Assembly (NCBI GenBank): GCA_905331295.1
Contig: CAJNYD010000133.1
Coordinates: 1 to 64,000 of the forward strand
DNA from: Rotaria socialis
Lineage: Eukaryota
Length of the DNA stretch: 64,000 bases
Direction: 5' to 3'
Shown here piece by piece: positions 54,942 to 64,000 of this stretch. The notes beneath the pieces were generated by a model. It saw only the letters and a program-made list of their open reading frames with translations, did no database searches and had not been told where the DNA came from. A program made the position numbers and the translations under genes. Within the stretch, counting starts at the first letter, position 1, and each line of letters starts with the position of its first letter.

Positions 54942-55580
54942 CAGGCCTCGAAGTGGGCCATTTTTTCATGGCCCGACCCGGCCCAAAATGGGCCTTAAAT
55001 TTTAAAAGCCCGCCCGGCCCCGAAAAATTTATATCTAGCCCGGCCCGAGCCCGAGCCCATGTTAACTAGAAACAAGATTTAGATTCACATAGATTCAGCG
55101 AAGAAAAATATTTATGTAGCTATCATATCGAGAATCATTAGGACATCATGAAAAGGATAAAATTATTCTAATCATCGATTTATGATGAAACATTTTATCA
55201 AATAACATATTCAAACAGAAAACAGATTGGAATTGTTCTTAAGTGCTTTTGAATCGATCGAATAAATAATACATTTTCAACAGTGTCAGGGTTTAATGAT
55301 GATCGTCGTTCACTAATTAGAAGACTGCCAGCACTGAATCGTCATTCAACGCAAGCCGACGTTGCAGAAATTGAATGCAAACTTCTAGCTAATTTAGCTA
55401 AATAAGGGAATTTCTCTTCATGACGGTACCAGAAAATTCATGAATTTGGTACTTTATAATTCAATCTATTGTATATCGATGATATAAAACACTTTTTATT
55501 TCAATTGCTAGTCATATCTATATATGGTAATAGAAAAATCTACATCAATCATCGGGCCGGGCGGCCCATTTCGAGGCCTG
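54942..55580 (-). mobile_element. Internally deleted hAT transposon
   Basis: TIR CAGGCCTCGAA[G/A]TGGGCC, 8-bp TSD CTTCATAC (54934-41, 55581-88), and GGCCC subterminal repeats. Minus-strand hATC dimerisation remnant FPYLAKLARSLHSISATSACVE*RFS...ERRSSLNPDTV. Confidence 0.93.
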
Positions 55581-55841
55581 CTTCATACATAATACACGTA
55601 TGTGTAGGAGAGAGATATTAGAACAATGGAGAGAGAATAGAAAGAGGAGGAAGGAGAATTATCCAAGCGTGCCATCAATATCGGCACAGCGCGTTCATAT
55701 TCACATTTCTTTTCATCTTTGTTAGTCGTAGAAATGCATTCAAAAGATTATTTGGACGAAAACGATCATCAAAAACTTCCAGTGTTTATTTAAAACAAAT
55801 AATGAAAAAATATCACATCCTATTATGTTCTATGTCAATGA

Positions 55842-57676
55842 CTAAGCATATTGACCAATTTGATTGTAAACAATCCACCTAATTATCCATGTTACCATTG
55901 GCAAAGCAAGTGTCACGGTCGTCATCCTATTAAATGCAATTTAAAATTTGATGAATTTTTATTGACGTACTCACTTGTATATCGATGTACAGGCTAAAAG
56001 CATTTTTAGAAAAAAAAAACAGCAGATTAAAGATAGAAAACTTCAATAACCTGTCGATGTCGGAAAACATGGATCATTGTGGATAATTTTAAACATGAGA
56101 ACGCGATGATTTAATCGATCGGACACATAGAGATTGCCATTATTATCAAATGCCAAGTCATTAGGTTGATCGAGTTGACCTTGTTTATCCCCATCACCTA
56201 TTATGAAGCATCATCAGAAAGAAAAGATAACATTTTAAAGTATTGCTTAATCTTTAGAATATTAAATAAATCTTTTGACTCTCCGGATAAAATGAGTCAT
56301 AATGTTGATTTGTTCAACCTTGAATTGATGTCATTGAAAATTGAACTTTATATACTTCTCAGAATTACTCATGCATGAACGATTAGTTTTAAATCTAGAA
56401 CCAACTTGCCATATAGTTATAAACAAGGAGCGCGATTTATAAAGGTTTCAATAGTTTCGCTTCATAATTTTACTCCGTTTTTATCTTTGCTCCATTTCAA
56501 ATAGCTACTTTGAGCAATCGGAAGAAGTTGTATCTTTTTTTACTTCGAAAAAACTGGGTAAAGAAAATTAAAATTCTGCATCCATACCTAAGCCGCCTGC
56601 AATGGTATCGCCCATTGATGCATTATACAGCCAACGTTGAATTCGTTCATTGGATGAATCAGCTACATAGACAACATGAGTTTCATCATCAACCCATACA
56701 GCAGTTGGCCTCGACAATGATTCAGCATCACTACCTGCAGCGCTCGTGCTCAATCCAGCCACAGTGGTGCCATTTGGCGCATTTTTCAACCATTTTTGAA
56801 TTCTGTTATTTGCATAATCGGCCACGTACACTGTACCACTAGTTTCGTCGAAATAAATTCCTTCGGGAGAATTGAGATTGTCACTCGTTGATCCTGCGTA
56901 ATATTCTCGACCAGCGACGGTCGTTGTGATATTCGTTCGTGGCGACCATTTAAACACACAATGTTTGGCCGCCGATGCCATATAAACATTTTTCTCTTTA
57001 TCAACCCATACGCTTGAACAATATAAACATTCACCTCCGACTTTTACGCCATGTGTCGCCCCTTGAGTCCATTTTTTGACACAATGCTCGCCTTCAAGAG
57101 AGACATAAATTGTTTGTCCATTGATGTCATCATCAACATAGATCTTCGTAGGATATGGGATATTGAATATGACGGTAGTACCCATGGCCGGTAATTTATT
57201 AAGCGAAAACATTTGAATACGTTCATTACCCAAATCAGCCACATACAATGTATTCGTTTTTTTATGAATGAAAATTGCTTCGGGTTCTTTAAGTTGATCA
57301 GCCTTGTTGAAACTCATTCGTAAATGACTTGATTTTTTTATAAACACACAATGGATATGATCACACGAATTAACTGGTTGTTCCAGATGAGAAAGACAAT
57401 GTATTTTTATTTTGTTTTAATTATCAAAAATGAAATCGGACATTTCCGATAGTATGTGAATGTAAGTAAACAACGTAAAACAAGTGGCAATATATTTCAT
57501 TTTTGACCACGTACTTTTGTGAATCATTTTTTACCTGTTTCACCATTACCAGCTACTACGATTCCTGATTTATTCCATTTTGCACAAGGACTAATTTTTA
57601 TTGATTCCGCATACGGAAGCCAACACCCAAATATAATTGAAACAAATGTCAAAAATATCATATTTACTCGATTCAT
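55842..57676 (-). CDS. Secreted/anchored NHL-repeat beta-propeller protein, about 5 exons
   Basis: Signal peptide, ISPCAKWNKSGIVVAG, and repeats L..P..I.VD...YVAD..N.RIQ. Further exons at 56198-56051, 55994-55976 and 55927-55842 with a hydrophobic tail. The exon 2 acceptor phase is unresolved. Confidence 0.8.
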
Positions 57677-59784
57677 TGTTAAATTTACGAGTAAATATTA
57701 TGTGAATTAGAATCAATGTGATGCACACAGTGGAAAGAGAGCGAGTTTTAAGTTCAAACGCAACAACGGCAGAGTGTGAAACTATTTGTGAATCAAAAAG
57801 ATAACATATATTATCTATTAATGTGTCACATGCACAATAGATATCAAGTAAAAAAATGCACCTCTCATACTACACGAAGCATCAGAAGCAGCTTGACAAT
57901 AAAAGAGAGCTTTTACTGGTTTTATTTTTTGAATTTTTTGAAAATAGAACTTTCTACTGTAATTAGAGTTTTTCTCGTATTATTTATTTGTAAATTCAAA
58001 CTTTCAAATATATAAAAGTCTAGTCTTCATAACTATAAACAAACGCATCGGAAATGAATTTTTGAAAAATTAAACAGATAGCACACTAGCTTCAAATCTA
58101 TCCATCGTGTGCACCAGTCATTACTAGACAATCTTTTTTCTATTCACAGAATGCCTCCAAAACAATAGCTATTGTATTAGAATTTAAAACTTACTGAACT
58201 AGATCCAACTGAATAACGAGTGATGTCATAAATCCCGATATTGACTAGATCAACATGCATCTTTTTAATCCAATGCAAACAACGAGTTTTCAGAACGTGG
58301 AGAACGATGTGAACATTGGCGATAATCATTGTTACATGGCGCGATTGCTCAAATCTGAAAAAAGAAAAATTCGATTCGGATCGATCCAAAGGTTTTATTC
58401 TTTTCAACAGTCAAATGATGTCCGCGATATTATCACTATACAGTTCATCTGTTTGGAACAATTCCACTGTGTTAGCTTATTGCTTTAAATATATCTACAA
58501 TGCACATCGATTAAGTGTGCAAAGCGGAGCAAAACAGAGATCAAGTTGTCGTTTCACTTAAAAGAACATTTTCTCCTTGCATCAAGACGAGCATCATCAA
58601 TGGATGTGTGAGTATATAGCGCACACTGCTTGAGTAGGAATTTCGAAATGAACATTTTTATTAATGTTTAGTAATATTTGCCAGAAAAACATTTAATAGC
58701 TCTTTGTAAAAGTATTCATTTCGAGACATTTCATCAGAATTATTATCAACATACGTAATCTAAACAAATTTTCATCATGAATCTTCTAATTTCAGATTTT
58801 AGTAGTTCCTATATTTTGTGAAAGCTATCCTAGAACTACGACAGACTCGTGATGTTCTATCAGTCACTCTTTTTCATAATCGATGAGCTAAATTGCCAGC
58901 TTATCTCTAAGTGAATGGAAGTGTTTTTAACAAACAAAATAGTACCTACTCTTACTACACATAGAATATATTTTCTCGAGCAAAAACAAAAAGAAAGAAA
59001 AAAAATAGGTTGTGCTTGTTTTCAATACTTTTATATACGCATATGTATATAGTCATATACTAACACCATTTTATTCTATTTTGTATCACAAAGTAACAAT
59101 TTGAAGGATAGCTGTTTTACATGATAGAAGACGTGGGATCCGAAGATATAACATATCACTCAAAACTGGCTGAACACGCATTGCTGTGGTGACGGAAAAT
59201 CTTTCCAATTCGTGAGTTGTTGGATGGCAGCCTTTTCTTAAAATTGACTATCTAAACATTTGAGATGTTTCACTTGTTCGATGAAAAAGTTGTTTTCAGG
59301 ATTCTTCTTATAATGTCATTTCATATTTGCAAATCATTGTTCGCCTGTTTTATTCTAATTCTATTTTTCTCTATTAACAGCGAGGAGAAGAATTTAATAA
59401 GCAAAAATCGCTCTTTCGCATCTAACTGCAATGAATTCTCCAAAAGTTCAATATTGTCCCATGTGGCGTATACGTATGAAATATATAGAAAGAATGAGAT
59501 AACGAAAAGGGTAGAAACACAGCATATTAGTTTACGCATTGTACGTGTTTATTTGTCGAAACAATCATGGTATAAAAAATGTTGATAAAGCGATGATCTT
59601 TTCACATAAATAACGCATTGGTACAATTTTGGTTTGTGATTATTGTTAGTGGTTGTCTAATTTTTGGTAAGATAAGAATATGAAAAATAATACCAACGCA
59701 CAACTTTATCATTGATATTTATGTGAAATAAAGTCACATATCGATATTAATCGATCTCGTTACTCCATTTAGGTCATCACAGTG

Positions 59785-61923
59785 ATGCTTGTGCAATTTT
59801 ATTTACTCTTACTTTTGGACGTACTTTCATGTTTGTCGGTGGAAACTATGCCAAACTTAACTTTTGACGAATTTTTCGATTACACTACATTTCCACTTTT
59901 AAAATTTTCTCCAACTGCTCAACATTTGCTTATTCAAACAAGATGCCCATCGTGGAATACTAGTTCTTATGAAAATACTTTATGGCTCTATGATATAAAA
60001 AATCAAACCAAAAAATTAATTACATTAAATCTTAGTGCATCAAGCAAACCAAAGTGGTCACCAAGCGGTGACTATATTGCATTAACATTAAAAACTGATA
60101 ATTCAGAAAACAAGACCAATGATAAGCAAACAGAACAGCATATTTATTTATATTCTCTTATATCCGATGAACTATTTTCTATTCAAATTGGCAAAGATAT
60201 TCTTTCAACTTTTACATGGTCTGACAATGATTCATCTCTTTACATAGCGACGATTGATTTGTGGTCAATAGATAAAGAAAATGATGTGTATAATGATGAA
60301 TGGAAAGATGTTATTCAATATCGACAACATGTAGTACCAAGTAACAGCACAATCTATCGTATTGATCTCAATTTCAATAATCTCTCATTGCCTGTAGAAA
60401 GACACGTTGTTCGTAATGTATCTTTTCTTATCAATGAACTATTATATGTTTCCTATGAAAAGCAACTCATCGTCTCATCCGTATCGAAACTTATTGAAGA
60501 TCTAAATGATTTTGAATTATACTCGATTGATCTCCAAAATACCTTGAAATTAACAAGATTGACAAATAATGAAGTAGCCGAAATAGAATTACAATTATCC
60601 ATTGATGGTCATCATCTTTTTTTTCTTACAGTCAGTCTTGGTACGAATAAAGGAAAATTTAATAATACACAGTATCGTCTCTATTCATTAAACTTAATAA
60701 ATGGGCAACTAACACGTTTAGGAGAAACATTTCAGGGTAATATCAATAGATACGCAATTAAGTATGATTTTGGTGTTTACATACTCGGACAATTAGGAAC
60801 TGAAGTACACATTTATACACAAGAATTATCAACCAATGATTTAATTCATCATCATGGATGGAATGGAACATATGAATTGATTGCATCCTCAAATGAAAAT
60901 GGTCCAATCGCATTTGTTTATTCGTCACTTGAAAAACCTATGGAAGTTTATTTCGCTAACAATATTAATCAATTGAAATCAGCACGAGCAATAACCAATG
61001 AAAACGATTTATTTAATCAAAGGAGTTTACCTCAAACAAAATTATACAGCTGGATAAATGAAGATGACCATCGAGTGATCGAAGGAATCCTACATTATCC
61101 ACCTGGAATGTTTGAATCGAAAAATCTATCTCTTTTAGTGCTTATCCATGGAGGTCCATATTGGGCTAGTCTAAATAGGCTTGAGCTCGCGTGGCATGAT
61201 TGGGCTTCGTTGGCAGCGTTAGAAGGTTGGCTTGTATTGGAACCAAACTATCGTGGATCAACAGGTTATGGCGATGAATTTCTCAATGAAATTCGTTATA
61301 GACCTCTATCTCGACCAGGAAAAGATATTCTTTGTGGAGTTGATCGATTGATCAAAGATGGTATTGTTGATCCACACAGACTTGCAGTCGGTGGTTATAG
61401 TTATGGTGGTTTCTTGACAAATTGGTTAATTACGCAGACTAGACATTTTAATGTTGCTCTCTCGGGTGCTGGCGTTGTTGACTATGCTTCAGCATGGGGA
61501 ATGATGGATCTACCTGTACCACTCAGCTACTTATTTGGAGGATTTCCATGGGAAACGCCCAATATTTATCAAAATGAAGCACCTATTTATCACTTAGATA
61601 GGATACGCACACCTACGCATATCATCACTGGTGAAAAGGATAATCGAGTACCTACACCTCAAAGTTATATATTAGAGCGAGGACTTCACTATCTTGGTGT
61701 GCCAGTTAAATTAATTATTTTTCCAAAGGAAGGACACTCAATGAAAGATAATCCTTGGCATGGAAAAATAAAAGTTCGAGAAGAACTGAAATGGTTACGA
61801 AAATATGGTAATCAATCATTGAACGACAATGGCCTATCTAGTAACAGTGAACAACCGACGTCTACTTATGCTTTACAATTATATATGCTCTTGTTCTCGA
61901 TTGTTTCAATAAAGAACACGTAA
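59785..61923 (+). CDS. S9 family (acylaminoacyl/prolyl oligopeptidase-like) serine peptidase, intronless CDS, with signal peptide and GPI-signal-like tail
   Basis: Beta-propeller N-terminal half, HGGP, PNYRGSTGYG, nucleophile GYSYG, GEKDNRV (Asp) and EGH (His). Hydrophobic N- and C-termini. Confidence 0.92.
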   Translation: MLVQFYLLLLLDVLSCLSVETMPNLTFDEFFDYTTFPLLKFSPTAQHLLIQTRCPSWNTSSYENTLWLYDIKNQTKKLITLNLSASSKPKWSPSGDYIALTLKTDNSENKTNDKQTEQHIYLYSLISDELFSIQIGKDILSTFTWSDNDSSLYIATIDLWSIDKENDVYNDEWKDVIQYRQHVVPSNSTIYRIDLNFNNLSLPVERHVVRNVSFLINELLYVSYEKQLIVSSVSKLIEDLNDFELYSIDLQNTLKLTRLTNNEVAEIELQLSIDGHHLFFLTVSLGTNKGKFNNTQYRLYSLNLINGQLTRLGETFQGNINRYAIKYDFGVYILGQLGTEVHIYTQELSTNDLIHHHGWNGTYELIASSNENGPIAFVYSSLEKPMEVYFANNINQLKSARAITNENDLFNQRSLPQTKLYSWINEDDHRVIEGILHYPPGMFESKNLSLLVLIHGGPYWASLNRLELAWHDWASLAALEGWLVLEPNYRGSTGYGDEFLNEIRYRPLSRPGKDILCGVDRLIKDGIVDPHRLAVGGYSYGGFLTNWLITQTRHFNVALSGAGVVDYASAWGMMDLPVPLSYLFGGFPWETPNIYQNEAPIYHLDRIRTPTHIITGEKDNRVPTPQSYILERGLHYLGVPVKLIIFPKEGHSMKDNPWHGKIKVREELKWLRKYGNQSLNDNGLSSNSEQPTSTYALQLYMLLFSIVSIKNT

Positions 61924-62554
61924 CTTTCATTGATTGTGTAGTATAAATTCAAAATGATCTGAAACCCGGTTAAATTTTTTCCTAAGGTATGACAGATCGA
62001 ATGATAAAAAAATCATGAAAAAAATTTGAATTTTTGGAGATATTTGTTTGTTTTACTTTTGAAACACACCTTGCATTTCGAAGTCATTCGACAATCAATA
62101 GTTTTTATGCCTTGCACATTCACTCTTGTCTATCTCGGGTCTGATTTTCATTCTGTCTGTAGTGCGAAAACAACACAAGTTTTTCCACATTTCAATATGA
62201 AGACGATATCTAGAAGTAAACAGGCGACAACTGCAGTATATTATTGTCGCTAAGCTAAGAATGATGAGAACAACAAATATCATCTTTAATTTAGTTATGA
62301 TAGACTTCAAAATAATAATAGAATAGAACAAGACGAATGTAATCATATGAAACTACTTAGCTAATCGAAATTCCATAGACGTGATCGTTACACTCGAGAA
62401 TGAATTAATCAATATATCATTTATTCCACTAAAAAACAAGTATAATTGAACATACTATATGCAAATAGTAGTGAACTCAATAGAGAACAAAAAAAAACAG
62501 AAGCTGATCAATTTTTGTATTCTTCAATGGAAGCTTATGATCCCCCACCATCAA

Positions 62555-63936
62555 CTACTTCGCAGTGACATCTTTATCATCATCCTCGTCAATATTCTGG
62601 ATAACATGATTGTCATCCTTATTATTTTCATCATCACTGTTTTTGGATTGCTGATAATCGACTGAATCAGTATTGTCCCAATGATCTTGACCATAGTCAT
62701 CGGTCGCCAATTGACGAACAGTCCATACGTCAAAACAATAATCAATATTGGTGACATAATTGTATGGAATATAACAATATCCTTTATCACCCTGAAATAT
62801 TAAATGAGAGGTAAGCAGTAAATTAGGAATGATATCAAGTTTTTCTGTTTCTAGTTGCTTTCATCAGAAGAGAAAAGATTTAACAATTGCTTCAACTATT
62901 ACTGTCTGACAAATTCGACTTGATTTATATAATACTGATACTGTTCGAGCATAGAGCGAAATCTTTCTCAAGTTGTGTTGCGAAACTTCAATGAAAACCT
63001 CTTTTAGACAGCGAAAAATAAATAAGATTATTCTTACCCAGTCCTCTCCCCATGAATTTCTAACAATAAATGATTGTGATTTATCACTATATCCGACTGC
63101 TAGAAGTGCGTGACTAAAACGAAGAAAAAAATATTTATAAGCAGTTTGTTACAATACTGAATATTATACTTGTTTTCAGAAGGTTGACTTTCATCGTTTG
63201 AATTCGGCATCGAAACAACACCTGTCTTTCCTGCTTTATCGAATGATGGAAACAACTTTAAACCAAATACAAATGGAAATCCTTGTGCCAAACATGATTT
63301 CATTTCCGTCAAATCGACGTCCACTTGCAGTGCGTCGATGATTTTATGGCCTTTCGCGTCTGAATAGATTTCAGCGCTTGGTTTTGTATTCAATTGTGAA
63401 ATATTATATGGCCAAATTGATTCGAGACAAACTCCAGATTCTTCTAGAGCTTCAACGGTATTCGTCATTGTACAACTAGAATCCGTTATGCCTGATGGAT
63501 TTTCTTTGGCACGACCATTGTAATAAAGGAACAAAGGACTGAAAGCTATGTTCTCCTCGTTTTCTTGTTTGTTTAAATATTGATACACGCCTAAAAATGA
63601 GGATTGCATAATTGATCAAAGTGTTATACCATGATCGAATCTTACCGACAAGGCAGTTTGCAGCGCTAAATTGAAATAGAATCAGATACGAGAAAAAATT
63701 GAGGAAAAAATATCGTTGTTATTTTACCAACTACCAATTTGTGACTGATCTTCAATGGGTAACATATGTGATCGAAGGTCAACCTTAGGTGGAAGTTGGT
63801 CGGCACTGTAGACAATAAAATTCTGAAATGACTGACGCAAGCGTTGTTTATGCGGCAGACGAGTGGACGGTCGAATACCATTGAGGCGGAATTTTCGACC
63901 CGTGATTCTATTTAATAAATAAGTCTTCATTGTCAT
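62555..63936 (-). CDS. Papain-family C1A cysteine protease, bacterial xylellain-like (no signal peptide or I29 prodomain), 5 exons
   Basis: LPPKVDLR...IEDQSQIGSC, FSPLFLYYNGR, GVCLESIWPY, HALLAVGY, VRNSWG.DWGDKGYCYIPY, and an acidic tail. Confidence 0.88.
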
Positions 63937-64000
63937 CTTATTTCGATCAAAAGCTTCTATAATAGAACAAAAAATGTAACAACTATATATATATATATAT

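Noticed and set aside
58177..59585. Several 70-106 aa ORFs between the NHL and S9 genes
   Set aside because: No motifs or splice-consistent model, and ORFs of this size can arise by chance.

Overview
AT-rich eukaryotic DNA with many 45-70 nt GT-AG introns. The gene mix (bacterial-type enzymes with spliceosomal introns, NHL, TLDc and intronless GPCR families) points to a bdelloid rotifer; this is inference. The centre (about 10.7-45.7 kb) is mostly metazoan genes: 14-3-3, two GPCRs, a CARD caspase, an Egalitarian-like protein, an nAChR alpha subunit, a two-PDZ scaffold, two roadblock light chains, MED26 and aconitase. The flanks are rich in TIR/MITE/hAT remnants and probable horizontally acquired genes: a secreted agmatine/peptidylarginine deiminase, a small membrane protein, an S9 peptidase and a xylellain-like C1A protease. 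A DyP peroxidase with five introns sits inside the core block. The most notable observations are: (1) an Egalitarian-like protein whose exonuclease domain is replaced by a cold-shock/OB-like domain, next to a PDZ protein with six IQTP repeats and two roadblock genes; (2) a 69-bp array of 24-nt microexon-like and 45-nt intron-like units inside a TIR element; (3) an nAChR with Glu8' and Pro16' in M2; (4) a DyP gene directly followed by an aconitase with no visible mitochondrial presequence. All exon models and family assignments were made by eye.
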